This document shows positions 26,034-36,617 of a stretch of 64,000 bases of DNA, one piece after another. The translations under genes and the position numbers were made by a program. Every line of letters starts with the position of its first letter. The first letter of the stretch is position 1. The DNA comes from Candidatus Omnitrophota bacterium (lineage in GTDB: Bacteria > Omnitrophota > Gorgyraeia > Gygaellales > Profunditerraquicolaceae). The DNA is taken from the NCBI GenBank assembly GCA_041651035.1, contig JBAZKC010000001.1:259244-323243 (forward strand), read 5' to 3'. Under the pieces are notes generated by a model, which saw only the letters and a list, made by a program, of their open reading frames with translations, was not told where the DNA came from and ran no database searches.

Positions 26034-27341
26034 CTAGGAGGTTTTTGGTGAAGCGGACGGCTGGACCAACCAATGCATATTGCTGTTATGTTCTTTCCAT
26101 TTATTAATTATTGAATACCCCATAAGATTAAACAACGCGTTCCTGAAGCGCCACTTTAAAAGTAAGCCCAGGGACCTGGAAAGCGAATAAAACTTAGCAT
26201 AAGCCATAATCACGTGCGATTGAAGCTCCCTGGCTGATACCAGCTTGGGGAAAAAGACAATATGCTGCCCGTTATAAAGGCTCCAATCCTTGCTGAATAT
26301 CCGTTTTTCTTTCTCTAGGAACTCGTGGACCTTTGTGCCCGGGAAAGGAGTCAATATGCTCATTTGCATCGTATCGATCTTCTCTTTTATGGCGAATCTC
26401 ACGGTATCCCAGACTGTCTTTATATTATCATCCTCTCCGCCTAACACAAACATCCCGTGGACCTTGATCTTTTTCTTATGGAAAGAACGGATAGCGTCTA
26501 TAATTTGAGCGACGGTCTGGTTCTTTTGGTATGCCTGCAGCGTCTTCTGGTTAATAGATTCAAAACCCACGCATACCACACTGCATCCCGCTTCAGCCAT
26601 CAGGTTAAGCAGTTTAGCATCTTTTGTCGCGTCGCAGCGGACCTGGCATGACCAGCTGCGTATCTTATCCTTAAGCATAAGGTTCAACAGCTTATAGGTG
26701 CGTTCAGGGTTAGCTGTAAAGTTATCGTCACAGAAGAAAAACTGCCTGCTTCGCCCAGACCTTAATTCCCCTATAACATTTTCCGCGCTGCGGAAACGGT
26801 ATTTGCGGCCGAAGATCTTGGTTACGGAGCAAAAACTGCAATCAAAAGGGCACCCTCTTGAAGTAGAAATAGGCGTAATTAAAGAAGGTGCCCTGAAACC
26901 TTTGATCAAAGAAAAATCGGGATACGGCAATGAATCGAGGTCCTCTACCGGTTTCCCGTAGACAAAAGCATCCTTTATCTTTCCCTCAACAACATCAGCG
27001 ATGACTTCTTCAGCCTCTCCGATAACCACCTGCCCGGCAAACTGGATCGCCTCTTCAGGCAGAAGCGTGGCGTGGACTCCCCCCATAATAACCTTATCCT
27101 TGGGGAATTTTTTGGCTATCTCGTAGCCCCGCCTGGCACTTGAGGTCAAAATGGAAATACCGATATAATCAGCTTTTAACTTTGAATAATCGGGAGGACA
27201 AATATCCTCGTGGTATATTTCGACTTGATGCCCTCTATTCCTTAGGATAGTTCCCAGATATATCGGGCCCAAAAGAGGCATGGGTAACTTGCTGTAGATA
27301 TTTGCTTCTGATGAGCGCGGTTCGATAAGCACTACTTTCAT
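26034..27341 (-). CDS. B12-binding-domain radical SAM protein
   Basis: N-terminal cobalamin-binding-like domain followed by CPFDCSFCS (CxxxCxxC). Confidence 0.75.
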   Translation of the reverse strand: MKVVLIEPRSSEANIYSKLPMPLLGPIYLGTILRNRGHQVEIYHEDICPPDYSKLKADYIGISILTSSARRGYEIAKKFPKDKVIMGGVHATLLPEEAIQFAGQVVIGEAEEVIADVVEGKIKDAFVYGKPVEDLDSLPYPDFSLIKGFRAPSLITPISTSRGCPFDCSFCSVTKIFGRKYRFRSAENVIGELRSGRSRQFFFCDDNFTANPERTYKLLNLMLKDKIRSWSCQVRCDATKDAKLLNLMAEAGCSVVCVGFESINQKTLQAYQKNQTVAQIIDAIRSFHKKKIKVHGMFVLGGEDDNIKTVWDTVRFAIKEKIDTMQMSILTPFPGTKVHEFLEKEKRIFSKDWSLYNGQHIVFFPKLVSARELQSHVIMAYAKFYSLSRSLGLLLKWRFRNALFNLMGYSIINKWKEHNSNMHWLVQPSASPKTS

Positions 27342-27393
27342 CTTAGGCTTTCTTACCTTGTATATGTATGCGCAGCGGCGCGGTAGGGGTTAC

Positions 27394-27600
27394 TTACGAC
27401 TTGACAACACCTACATTGATGGCGCGCGGGCCTTTTGGCGACTTTTCAATCTCAAATTCAACTTCCTGCTCTTCATTTAAAGCGTCGAATTTAAGGTCGA
27501 TAAGGCTGCTCTGGTGAAAAAATACCTCGCTGCCGTCTGTGTCGCTGATAAAACCAAATCCTCTTTCACGAACTAACTTCTTTATTTTTCCTTTATGCAT
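27394..27600 (-). CDS. cold-shock-domain protein (divergent CspA paralog)
   Basis: 68 aa ORF, GFGFISDTDGSEVFFHQS...VEFEIEKSPKGPRAINV. Confidence 0.75.
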   Translation of the reverse strand: MHKGKIKKLVRERGFGFISDTDGSEVFFHQSSLIDLKFDALNEEQEVEFEIEKSPKGPRAINVGVVKS

Positions 27601-27617
27601 TTTTCCCCCTCTTGGTT

Positions 27618-27654
27618 AAAAAAAATAAGGCCCGGCCATAGAATGCCGGGCCCC
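27618..27654 (-). terminator. rho-independent terminator after cspA copy
   Basis: On the minus strand: GGCCCGGC hairpin (8-bp stem, 8-nt loop) followed by TTATTTTTTTT. Confidence 0.7.
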
Positions 27655-27671
27655 TTTGCTTCTTTCCTAGG

Positions 27672-27872
27672 TTATAACTTAACTACTTTTGTAGCTTGTT
27701 CGCCTTTAGGGCCTTTTTCGATCTCGAATTCAACTTCCTGGCCTTCCTCTAAAGTCTTATAGCCTTCACCCTGTATCGCGCTATGATGCACGAACACATC
27801 ACTGCCAGATTCAGGAGTAATAAATCCATAACCTTTTTGGTTTGAGAACCACTTTACTTTTCCTCTTGCCAT
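27672..27872 (-). CDS. cspA: cold-shock protein (CspA family)
   Basis: 66 aa [36 protein letters not shown]..., about 85% identical to the csp gene at 6349. Confidence 0.9.
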   Translation of the reverse strand: MARGKVKWFSNQKGYGFITPESGSDVFVHHSAIQGEGYKTLEEGQEVEFEIEKGPKGEQATKVVKL

Positions 27873-28050
27873 TACTTACCAACCTCCTTTCCACTAGATT
27901 TTATAGTAAATAACGGCAGAAATTACTTCCTCCGAAGCCATTTTAGGCTGATTAACAGCCTTAAAGGCAAAGGGGGGACAAAAAAACCGCAAGGCGAGTC
28001 TTTCTCTACCTTACGGCCAAAGATTTCTACTCCCTTATTTACTAGGAGGA

Positions 28051-28079
28051 AGTATATATTAGATTTAAGTATTTGTCAA
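28051..28079 (-). promoter_or_regulatory. promoter TTGACA-17-TATACT with ~175-nt 5' UTR for cspA
   Basis: -35 at 28079-28074 and -10 at 28056-28051 on the minus strand. Long structured 5' UTRs are typical of cspA-type genes. Confidence 0.5.
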
Positions 28080-28102
28080 TAGCTTTTTTCATATAATTAT
28101 TT

Positions 28103-29917
28103 TTACCACTCCAGGCTCAAACCCGCTTCAACATACCTGCCGGGCTGGGGTATACCTTCAATATCCTGATACTCAACATTCAGGATATTGGCAGCGTTCA
28201 GGAAAATCCGGGAATGCCGGTTTAAACCATAGTTTAAGCCGGCATTCATAAGCAGCCATCCGCGCCGGCCAGGCCTCTTCTTGTAGCTAAAGCCTATCTC
28301 CTGCCTGCCGAAAGAAAAATGAATATTAAAAACGGTATTCACTAAATGCCGGGCGTAATTAGGGCCGTATTTATAGAGATAGCCCTGCGTATCCATGCTT
28401 TTATCCGTATAAGTGTAGTTAGCATCCAGGCTTAATACCTCGTTGATCTTCTTACGCAGGTAATATTCTACGCCAAAGACATTGTCCCGGGTAATGTTTT
28501 TTGCCTGCCAAAGCTGGCTGGGGTCAGACTTAACCCAATCAATCATGCCTCTTTCTCTGCGCAGGAAAAATGCCAGGCTCGAAAATAACTCTTCTGTATT
28601 ATATTCCAGGCCAACCTGGTAATTCCAGGCCTTCTCCGCGGTTAATCCGGAGTTGCCCAGCGTGGTAGGATCGCTATAATACAGTTCTGTAAAGGAAGGC
28701 ACGCGCATATTTCTGGAAATCCCGAAATTAAGCGCTAGGGGATCCATGAATTTGAATTTAGCGCTGGCAGAGCCGGTGCACACTTTACCAAAATCCGAGA
28801 AATCATCCAGGCGCAAAGAAAAACCGGTGCCCCACCGGGAGCCGAAATCTTTACTATCGTCTAAAGATACGCTGGCGTGATCACGGATATGCCTGCCTAA
28901 ATTAGTGGAACTGATCTTCTCCCTGCCCCACTCCAGGCCTAAACCGGCTTTGCCTAATGCCCCGAGTTCTTTTTGCAGGTAAACTCCGGGCGTAAACATA
29001 TCCGTACGGTGCTGGTTAACGGAAGTTGAACGCGCCCCCGTACTGTCCAGCGTGAATTTATCAAAATGCCTGCGCCAGAGAAAACTCGGCTTGATCAATA
29101 AGCCATCCCGGTCTAAGGAAAAGCTGCTACTTAATAGATATGTCTTGGTAGCGTCCCTGGAAGGATACCCTAAGCCCGGAGTATAAAAATCATATGCTCC
29201 GTACTCTTTATCTTGATACCCGAAATTATTTTCCCAGGCTGCCCCGGGCAATTCCAGATACGCGCCTAAAGAAGTCGTAAATTTACTGTAGTCCGTATCA
29301 TAACGAAGCCCTCTTGACCGCGCGTCCTCCACAGAATACCTTAATCCCAGGTTATTCAACTTGCCGCTTACGCTGCATAGCCCGTATCCGTCGCGGAAGC
29401 TGCCCATGCCGGATTCCAGGAGTATCTTATTCTCCTTAGGCTGCTCCAACGCGAAATTCACCGCCCCTCCGATAGCATCCGGGCCGAATAAAGAAGAACC
29501 TGCCCCGGGCATTACCTCTGTTTTCTTTATGTCGGCTTTGGTAAAAGGGATATCGCAATTATAATGGCCGGTCTGCGGGTCATTGATCCTCTGTCCGTTA
29601 AGTAAAACCAAAACCTGCTGCCAGGTAGAGCCGCGCAGGGAGAAATCCGCCTGTATCCCTCCTTTTAGAGACCGGCTTTGTAAGTCTAAAGGCAGGTTGC
29701 TTAATTCTTCTAAGGCTGACTGATAATTAAAAGCGCGGATTTCCGGGAACGGTAAAGAATATGAATTTAAAGACGGCTGCTTCTGCTTAGTGATCACCAG
29801 CGTCATAAGGTCTTCGTGCTTATCTTCGCCTGAGAAACAGGAACGCGGCAGAAAAAAGGTAAGTATAATTAAAAGGCCGCATAGCTTTATTTTAAACATA
29901 GGATAATTATAAAGCAC
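28103..29917 (-). CDS. TonB-dependent outer-membrane receptor
   Basis: Signal peptide, a plug region (TEVMPGAGSSLFGPDAIGGAVNF), a long beta-barrel and a terminal aromatic residue (…SLEW). Confidence 0.75.
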   Translation of the reverse strand: MLYNYPMFKIKLCGLLIILTFFLPRSCFSGEDKHEDLMTLVITKQKQPSLNSYSLPFPEIRAFNYQSALEELSNLPLDLQSRSLKGGIQADFSLRGSTWQQVLVLLNGQRINDPQTGHYNCDIPFTKADIKKTEVMPGAGSSLFGPDAIGGAVNFALEQPKENKILLESGMGSFRDGYGLCSVSGKLNNLGLRYSVEDARSRGLRYDTDYSKFTTSLGAYLELPGAAWENNFGYQDKEYGAYDFYTPGLGYPSRDATKTYLLSSSFSLDRDGLLIKPSFLWRRHFDKFTLDSTGARSTSVNQHRTDMFTPGVYLQKELGALGKAGLGLEWGREKISSTNLGRHIRDHASVSLDDSKDFGSRWGTGFSLRLDDFSDFGKVCTGSASAKFKFMDPLALNFGISRNMRVPSFTELYYSDPTTLGNSGLTAEKAWNYQVGLEYNTEELFSSLAFFLRRERGMIDWVKSDPSQLWQAKNITRDNVFGVEYYLRKKINEVLSLDANYTYTDKSMDTQGYLYKYGPNYARHLVNTVFNIHFSFGRQEIGFSYKKRPGRRGWLLMNAGLNYGLNRHSRIFLNAANILNVEYQDIEGIPQPGRYVEAGLSLEW

Positions 29918-29958
29918 GCGGCTTAACTGTCAACCAATATGTTAGATATGGTTTACAT

Positions 29959-30939
29959 TTAACGGCAGTGTATTACGTCTCCGGCCATGACCTTAGCCAA
30001 TATGCCGGAATCTTTCCTTATCAACAATCCCCCATCCTTATCAATATCCACGGCAGAGCCTTCTATATGTTTGTTGTGGCAGTACACTTTTACCCTTTTC
30101 CCCAGTGTAAGGGAATACTGGCGCCATTTATCAAGTATCACAGCAGGGCCTTTTAATTCCCAGAGAGAATAGTTCTGCTCGATCCTGCGCAGCATCTCCT
30201 GGAGCAGTAAAACGCGGTTCAGTTTTTCACGCGCGTGTTCTTTTAATGACGTCGCCCCGCTTATCAGGGACTTTTTGTCGTTATTTACATTTAAGCCTAC
30301 TCCCATGACTATAAAATTTATCTTATCCGCCTCGGCATTCATCTCCGTAAGGATACCGGCTACCTTTTTATTGCCCAGGAACAGGTCATTGGGCCATTTG
30401 ATCTGGGGGTTTAAGCCTGATATATTCTTTACTGCCTCAGCTATGCTTACGGCAAGCATAATGGTTAAGACCGGTGAACCTTCCGGCAATATATCCGGCT
30501 TAAGCAGCAGAGAAAAATAAATACCTTTGTATTTCGGTGAAAACCAGCTTCTGCCTAACCTGCCGCGGCCTTTTGTCTGCGATTCCGCGACGACCAGCGT
30601 GCCGGAAGGAGCGTTTTGCATGCCTAACTGCATAGCCAGGTCATTAGTTGAAGAGAGATACTCAAAATAATGTATCTGCCTGCCGATGAATTTCGTATTC
30701 AATTGATACCTTATTTCCAGATCAAGCAAGGCATCCGGGCATGATTCCAGCCGGTATCCCAAATGCGGGACAGCGGCAAAATCATACCCCATCTCCTTAA
30801 GTTCCTGGATATGTTTCCATAACCCCTGGCGGCTGATACCGAGATGCTGGCTGATCTCATCTCCGGAAAGGTATCCCTGTTTTTTCTTCAAAAAATCAAG
30901 TATTCTTTCTTTCATTTCTCTTTTTAAGATACTCCTCAA
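29959..30939 (-). CDS. birA: bifunctional biotin operon repressor / biotin-[acetyl-CoA-carboxylase] ligase
   Basis: N-terminal HTH (LSGDEISQHLGISRQGLWKHI) plus the BPL catalytic core (QTKGRGRLGRSW, GIYFS). Confidence 0.85.
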   Translation of the reverse strand: MRSILKREMKERILDFLKKKQGYLSGDEISQHLGISRQGLWKHIQELKEMGYDFAAVPHLGYRLESCPDALLDLEIRYQLNTKFIGRQIHYFEYLSSTNDLAMQLGMQNAPSGTLVVAESQTKGRGRLGRSWFSPKYKGIYFSLLLKPDILPEGSPVLTIMLAVSIAEAVKNISGLNPQIKWPNDLFLGNKKVAGILTEMNAEADKINFIVMGVGLNVNNDKKSLISGATSLKEHAREKLNRVLLLQEMLRRIEQNYSLWELKGPAVILDKWRQYSLTLGKRVKVYCHNKHIEGSAVDIDKDGGLLIRKDSGILAKVMAGDVIHCR

Positions 30940-30977
30940 ACTTTCCCTGGAACGGGCCTATGCCGGATTTCGGCAGT

Positions 30978-32141
30978 TTATTTTTCTTCATAAAGCGGGC
31001 TCATCGCGCGTAATTTCTTTACGACCGGAGGAAGTTCTCGCAAAAGATAATCGATGTCGCCGGTTTTTGTCCACCGGCCCAGGGTTATGCGCAATGAACC
31101 GTGCGCGGTTTCATGATCCAGGCCTATAGCCAAGAGGACATGCGACGGTTCCAGCGAACTGGAAGTGCAGGCAGAGCCCGTGGAACAGGCTATACCGAGC
31201 ATATCCAGGCTTAAAAGTATGGATTCACCTTCAATATATCTTATAGAAAAGTTAACATTATTGGGCAGCCTGTTTACAGGATGGCCGTTAAGCCTTACCT
31301 CCGGGATCCTGTCCGGAATTTCCTTGATCAACCTGTCACGCAAAGCGCTTAAGGTTTTTATTTCGCTTTCCATTTCCCGGTTGCAGATCTCCATGGCCTT
31401 GCCTAAACCGACTATCCCTGTCGTATTATGGGTTGAAGCGCGCCTGCCTCTTTCCTGATCGCCGCCGCGCAAGAAAGTTTCTACGCGCGTGCCTTTTCTG
31501 ATATACAAGGCGCCTACGCCTTTGGGCCCGTAAAATTTATGCCCGGAGAGCGCCAGCAAATCAACATTCAGCTCATCTACATTAATAGGAATATGCCCTA
31601 CGGTCTGCACGGCATCCGTATGGAAATAGACGCCTTTTTCTTTGGCGATCCTGCCGATTTCAGCTATGGGTTGTATTGTGCCGATCTCATTATTAGCGTG
31701 CATTACAGAAATTAATATGGTCTTATCGGTAATTGCCTTCTTTATGTCTTCAGGTGAGACCAGGCCGTATTTATCGACAGGTATATATGTAAGATTAAAC
31801 CCTTTTTTCTCCAGGAACTTAGCGGGCTCGCTTATCGCGTGATGCTCGATGCCGGTAGTAATAATGTGGCTGCCTTTTTTTTCCAGGGCATACGCCACCC
31901 CTAAAAGAGCGAAGCTGTCTGACTCTGTGCCACCGGAGGTAAAAACTATTTCTTCCGGGCTAGCCCCGAGGCTGGAAGCAAGTATCTGGCGGCTGTCTTC
32001 AACCGCGGCCTTAGCTTCCTGTCCATAACTATGTATACTGGAGGCATTGCCGAATTTCTCAAAGAAATACGGCTCCATTGCCTTGAGGACCTCCGGGTCG
32101 CAAGGCGTGGTTGCCGCGTAATCTAAGTATACTCGTTTCAT
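30978..32141 (-). CDS. cysteine desulfurase (NifS/IscS family)
   Basis: Class V aminotransferase with the PLP-Lys motif SGHKFYGPKG and a C-terminal catalytic Cys loop (STGSACTS). Confidence 0.85.
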   Translation of the reverse strand: MKRVYLDYAATTPCDPEVLKAMEPYFFEKFGNASSIHSYGQEAKAAVEDSRQILASSLGASPEEIVFTSGGTESDSFALLGVAYALEKKGSHIITTGIEHHAISEPAKFLEKKGFNLTYIPVDKYGLVSPEDIKKAITDKTILISVMHANNEIGTIQPIAEIGRIAKEKGVYFHTDAVQTVGHIPINVDELNVDLLALSGHKFYGPKGVGALYIRKGTRVETFLRGGDQERGRRASTHNTTGIVGLGKAMEICNREMESEIKTLSALRDRLIKEIPDRIPEVRLNGHPVNRLPNNVNFSIRYIEGESILLSLDMLGIACSTGSACTSSSLEPSHVLLAIGLDHETAHGSLRITLGRWTKTGDIDYLLRELPPVVKKLRAMSPLYEEK

Positions 32142-32944
32142 TTTTTGATCACCTCATTTAAACTGCCGGTACGGTAACCTTCCAGATCTAAAGTTATATA
32201 ATTATAACCTATTTTCTTTAATTTGTCGATTACCTGCTCGCGTTTGTTTACCAGCCGCCTGATATCGCTTTTTAAAACCTCTATACGGCAGAGGCCGTTG
32301 TAGTGCCTGGCCCTTACCTGCCTAAAACCTATTTTTCTTAAATATATTTCTGCCTGATTAACGCGCTTTAATAAGGGAAGAGATATCTTTGTGCCATAAG
32401 GTATCCTGGAAGCAAGGCAGGCAAGGCTGGGTTTATTCCAGGTGTTAAGTCTAAGCGACTTACTTAATTTACGGATATCTTCCTTGGTAAAGCCTGCCTC
32501 GGCAAGCGGAGAGCGTATTCTTAACTCCTGTTTGGCAATGCTGCCCGGCCGGAAATCTGATCTATCCGACGCGGAGCTAGCGTCCAAAACAAAATTTAAT
32601 TTAGACCTCCAGGCAATGTCTTTGAGCTTTAAGAAAAGCTCTTTTTTACAGAAATAGCAGCGGTTAACCGGATTAGAAGTAAATTCTTTGTCTTTTAGTT
32701 CCCGGGTCCTGATCACTTTATGCCTTATGCCGATACGCTTGGCAATGCTACAGGCATTCAGCAGTTCTTCTCTGGGATAAGTAGGTGAGCAGGCGGTAAC
32801 AGCAAGGATTTTGTTCTTAGGTAATACCAGCGCGGCAACTTTTAAGAGCAGGGTGCTATCCACCCCGCCTGAAAAAGCGATCAGGCAGGAATCGCACCTT
32901 AAAATTATCTTGGTCAGCCTGGCTAATTTTTGCTTCAGTGCCAT
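32138..32944 (-). CDS. larE: PP-loop ATP pyrophosphatase of LarE/TIGR00268 type (sulfur transferase)
   Basis: FSGGVDS PP-loop and LarE-like length and C-terminus. Its stop overlaps the cysteine desulfurase start. Confidence 0.65.
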   Translation of the reverse strand: MALKQKLARLTKIILRCDSCLIAFSGGVDSTLLLKVAALVLPKNKILAVTACSPTYPREELLNACSIAKRIGIRHKVIRTRELKDKEFTSNPVNRCYFCKKELFLKLKDIAWRSKLNFVLDASSASDRSDFRPGSIAKQELRIRSPLAEAGFTKEDIRKLSKSLRLNTWNKPSLACLASRIPYGTKISLPLLKRVNQAEIYLRKIGFRQVRARHYNGLCRIEVLKSDIRRLVNKREQVIDKLKKIGYNYITLDLEGYRTGSLNEVIKK

Positions 32945-32947
32945 TTC

Positions 32948-33355
32948 CTAAAAATGTACTTCCATCGCGCGGGTAGGGCAGATCTTAACGCAGAGTTCGC
33001 AGGCGATACATTTATTATTGTAGAAATGCACTTTACGCGTCTGTGGGTCAACTACCAGAGCGCCGGTAGGGCATATGGGGACGCATACTCCGCAGTCAGT
33101 GCACTTTTCCTCATTGCGCACGACATCCTGGCTTAAAGGCTGGACCTTTACCCCGCAGGATGCTAAATATTCCAGGCCCTTGTCAAAACCCTCTTTCTTC
33201 CCGGATAATTCCAATACCATAAGGCCTTCTTCCTGAGGAGTAACATAGGCCTTCAGAATGTTGAATCTAAGGTCGTAGTCTTTAACCAATTTATACACGA
33301 TCGGCTGATCAACCAATCGATGCGGAAAACGCAATACGATCCTTTTGGAAACCAT
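32948..33355 (-). CDS. NIL-domain/4Fe-4S ferredoxin protein (MA1822-type partner of COG1900)
   Basis: N-terminal NIL-like domain, then CTDCGVCVPICP and CIACELCVKICP motifs. Confidence 0.7.
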   Translation of the reverse strand: MVSKRIVLRFPHRLVDQPIVYKLVKDYDLRFNILKAYVTPQEEGLMVLELSGKKEGFDKGLEYLASCGVKVQPLSQDVVRNEEKCTDCGVCVPICPTGALVVDPQTRKVHFYNNKCIACELCVKICPTRAMEVHF

Positions 33356-33383
33356 AACCTGCTCCTTTTTTTAAGGACAGCCC

Positions 33384-34586
33384 CTATATGATCGGCCTTT
33401 CTTTTAACGGCTTAAAAGCATACCCTGATCCTGCGCCAGGTAAAGGCGCTACAGGCTCAGTTAAAAGAAAATCGCCTTTTTTAATCCAGGACTTCAGCTG
33501 CTCGGCTATTTCGCGTGCCTTAGAATAACTGGATAAATTACCGGTAGGCACAGCCTTACCCTGCACCGTGATCTTTCCGGACTTTAATTGAGCGTAATTT
33601 ACCTCGCCTAAGGAACCTGCTAGGCCCTCGGGATAGTTTATACCGTAATCTACGATCTGAGTATAGATCTCTTCGTCGCGGCTGGCGGCGTATTTGATCG
33701 TATCTTCGTCTAATATAGGTATGGGGACACCGATGCCTACGCTCAGACTAACCCCATAACCAAGCATACGCGTGCCCACAAGCCATTCCGGCTTCATTTG
33801 TTTTAGATCACCGATGACGGCAAGCGTTCCTGCCGGTGCCTGGGGGATCCCGTTATCCTTCCGGGGGACGGCCGGATTATGCTGCGTGCCCTGCCAGGCG
33901 ACAAAACCTATTCCTCCGCCTAAGAATATCTTTGTGCCGATGCCTATTGTTTTATAGCAGGGGTCTTTTAAAAGCGGGGACAGCTGCCCTGCCGAACAAT
34001 AATTCGCGTTTCCCAGATCTGGTTTTAACGCCCCCATGTAGGTATAGATCATCTTGTCTGATAAATTCACCGCCACGTTGTAATTCTGATAGCAGTTACG
34101 GATGTTGAATAATACCGCTTCATTTAAATCTTTGATATTAATAAATGTCTCCAATTTCTTGCGGGGATAGCAATCGGTGCCATAGGAAGTCGCCTCCAGG
34201 CGGATATCCCGCCCGGCCACTATCTCCTGGATAACGTGAGCGCCGCCGTATTTAAATTCGCCCGGAAAAACTTGATTGCGCGGGTCATCATCGGGTATGG
34301 CAGTCGCGCCCAGATAAATATCTACTGCCGCAAAACCGGTATAGCAGGGGACATCGTTTAATTTACAGGCCCCGCCGCCCAGTTTTATTTTAGGCTTGGA
34401 ATGGCCGATGTTAAAATAGGCGCCTGAAGAACACATCGGGCCAAATGTCCCGGTAGTAACCACATCCACTTCTCTGGCTGCGGCCTTAGCGCCTTTTTTC
34501 TCCACCAGTTCGATGACCTCTTCGGCGGTAACTACAACCACTTCCCCTTTTTTTATCTTGTCATTTATTTCTTTTATCGTTTTCAT
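33384..34586 (-). CDS. COG1900/DUF39 homocysteine-biosynthesis (sulfide incorporation) protein
   Basis: 400 aa ORF, MKTIKEINDKIKKGEVVVVTAEEV...VTTGTFGPMCSSGA, typical of the methanogen MA1821-type family. It is paired with the NIL-ferredoxin gene immediately downstream. Confidence 0.7.
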   Translation of the reverse strand: MKTIKEINDKIKKGEVVVVTAEEVIELVEKKGAKAAAREVDVVTTGTFGPMCSSGAYFNIGHSKPKIKLGGGACKLNDVPCYTGFAAVDIYLGATAIPDDDPRNQVFPGEFKYGGAHVIQEIVAGRDIRLEATSYGTDCYPRKKLETFINIKDLNEAVLFNIRNCYQNYNVAVNLSDKMIYTYMGALKPDLGNANYCSAGQLSPLLKDPCYKTIGIGTKIFLGGGIGFVAWQGTQHNPAVPRKDNGIPQAPAGTLAVIGDLKQMKPEWLVGTRMLGYGVSLSVGIGVPIPILDEDTIKYAASRDEEIYTQIVDYGINYPEGLAGSLGEVNYAQLKSGKITVQGKAVPTGNLSSYSKAREIAEQLKSWIKKGDFLLTEPVAPLPGAGSGYAFKPLKERPII

Positions 34587-34597
34587 GTGCGCTTAGA

Positions 34598-34819
34598 TTA
34601 TATTGCGATAACCTCTTTTATTTCCGGCACTTCCTGTTTCAATATTTTTTCAATTCCCATCTTTAAAGTCATCTGGCTCATGGGACAACAGCCGCAGGTG
34701 CCGGTCAGTTTTAATTTAACTACCCCTTCCTTGCTGACATCCACCAGGTCCACATTCCCTCCGTCAGCCGCAAGCATGGGCCGCACTTTATTCAAAGCCT
34801 GTTCCACTTTTTCTCTCAT
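34598..34819 (-). CDS. NifU C-terminal (Nfu-type) Fe-S cluster carrier domain protein
   Basis: 73 aa ORF with VRPMLAADGGNVDLVDV...GTCGCCPMS, carrying the Nfu CxxC motif. Confidence 0.8.
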   Translation of the reverse strand: MREKVEQALNKVRPMLAADGGNVDLVDVSKEGVVKLKLTGTCGCCPMSQMTLKMGIEKILKQEVPEIKEVIAI

Positions 34820-34831
34820 TTTACGCTCCTT

Positions 34832-35758
34832 TTATTTGGCGAACAATTCCGTGCTTAAGTACCGTTCACCTGTATCCGGTAATATCACGACTATAAGCTT
34901 TCCTTCATTCTTCTTTCTTTTAGCTAACTCTAAAGCGGCAAATACCGCGGCACCCGAAGAGATCCCCGCTAAGATCCCTTCTTCTTTAGCAAGCCTTCTG
35001 GCCGTATCAAAAGCATCCTGGTTAGAAACCTGAATAACCTCGTCTATGATCCTGGTGTTTAAGACCTTGGGGATAAATCCCGCTCCGATGCCCTGGATCT
35101 TATGCGGGCTGGGCTTGCCCCCGGATAGAACCGGGGAATCTTTCGGTTCAACCGCGACAGCTAAAAAACGCGGGTTTTTTTTCTTTATCGCCTCTGCTAC
35201 TCCGGTGATCGTACCGCCGGTCCCCACCCCTGAAACCAGGATATCAACCTTGCCATCCGTATCTTCCCAGATCTCTTTAGCGGTAGTAGAACGGTGGGCT
35301 TGAGGGTTAGCCGGATTATCAAACTGCTGGGGAACAAAATAACGCTTATCGTTCTTAGCCAGCGCTTCCGCTTTCCTTACTGCTCCGGACATGCCTTCAG
35401 CTCCCGGGGTTAAAATAATTTCAGCGCCAAAAGCTGTCAAAAGCTGCCGCCGCTCAACGCTCATTGTTTCCGGCATGGTTAAAACTAATTTATATCCTTT
35501 GACGGCGCAGACAAACGCTAAGGCAATCCCCGTGTTACCCGACGTAGGCTCGAGGATCACCGTATCTTTGGTGATCTTGCCTTCCTTCCTGGCCCGCTCG
35601 ATCATGCTCAGGCCGATCCTGTCTTTGATCGAAGAGCAGGGATTAAAAGACTCTAATTTAGCCGCAACCGCAGCAGTGCAGTCCCGCGTAATCTTGTTTA
35701 AACGCACCAAAGGGGTGTTTCCAATAAGCTCTGTAATATCTTTAGCTATCCGCGGCAT
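34832..35758 (-). CDS. cysK: cysteine synthase (O-acetylserine sulfhydrylase)
   Basis: PLP fold type II protein with [17 protein letters not shown] and GIGAGF motifs. Confidence 0.85.
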   Translation of the reverse strand: MPRIAKDITELIGNTPLVRLNKITRDCTAAVAAKLESFNPCSSIKDRIGLSMIERARKEGKITKDTVILEPTSGNTGIALAFVCAVKGYKLVLTMPETMSVERRQLLTAFGAEIILTPGAEGMSGAVRKAEALAKNDKRYFVPQQFDNPANPQAHRSTTAKEIWEDTDGKVDILVSGVGTGGTITGVAEAIKKKNPRFLAVAVEPKDSPVLSGGKPSPHKIQGIGAGFIPKVLNTRIIDEVIQVSNQDAFDTARRLAKEEGILAGISSGAAVFAALELAKRKKNEGKLIVVILPDTGERYLSTELFAK

Positions 35759-35817
35759 TTAATTATGCTCTTTATTATAACACTGTCTTGTTTTAATTAC
35801 TATAATTTCTCTTGAGA

Positions 35818-36591
35818 TTACAGCCTTTTAATCAACTCCTTGGCTACCTTTTCTCCGGAAAGAAGCATGCCTCCGAATATCGGCCCCATGCGCGGCCCCC
35901 CGAATATGGCATTCGCGCACATACCGCAGGCGTAAAATCCGCTGCAGACCTCTTTGGAATTCTTTACAATGGTCTCTTCGCCCGCGTCCGCCCACATTGA
36001 CTGCTCACCCATGATCTTGCCTGTTCTTGTATTAAGCCTTATACCGGACTTCTTTTCTATTATACGCGCGATCTCCGCGCTGTGGCCGGTAGCATCAACT
36101 ACGAATTTCGCCCTCATAGTTATCGGGTCAACATGCAAATTCGCCATTTCTACCGCGGTCCAGTTCAATACCAGCCCGCATACGCGCTTTGCCCTCACCA
36201 TCACGTCTTCAGCGCTGATCAAGTTAAAAATCCTGGCTCCGGCTTTTACTGTTCTAGCGCAGATCACAGACACCGTTTCTATAGAATCGGCCAGATAATA
36301 ACCTTTTTCATAACGCCTTGTCCTTACGCCGAATTCATCAAGAATGCCTTTGGCTTTATCCTGCACTACAATTTCATTAAACATTATCCCGCCGCCCCAC
36401 ATCCCGCCGCCGACGGATAATTTCCTTTCAAAGATGACGACCTTTTTACCCGCTTTTGCTAAATAATAAGCGCAGGCCATTCCCGCCGGGCCCGCCCCTA
36501 CTATTGCTACGTCGGTATCCAGGGCATTGATCAATTTATCTTTATAAGACCCTATTATTGCCTTTGATATCTTTATCTCATCCAGCTTCAT
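35818..36591 (-). CDS. thi4: thiamine thiazole synthase, Thi4 family (sulfide-dependent type)
   Basis: [18 protein letters not shown] dinucleotide fold and Thi4-type sequence throughout. Confidence 0.8.
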   Translation of the reverse strand: MKLDEIKISKAIIGSYKDKLINALDTDVAIVGAGPAGMACAYYLAKAGKKVVIFERKLSVGGGMWGGGIMFNEIVVQDKAKGILDEFGVRTRRYEKGYYLADSIETVSVICARTVKAGARIFNLISAEDVMVRAKRVCGLVLNWTAVEMANLHVDPITMRAKFVVDATGHSAEIARIIEKKSGIRLNTRTGKIMGEQSMWADAGEETIVKNSKEVCSGFYACGMCANAIFGGPRMGPIFGGMLLSGEKVAKELIKRL

Positions 36592-36617
36592 GCAAATCCT
36601 CCCCTAAAATAAACCTG

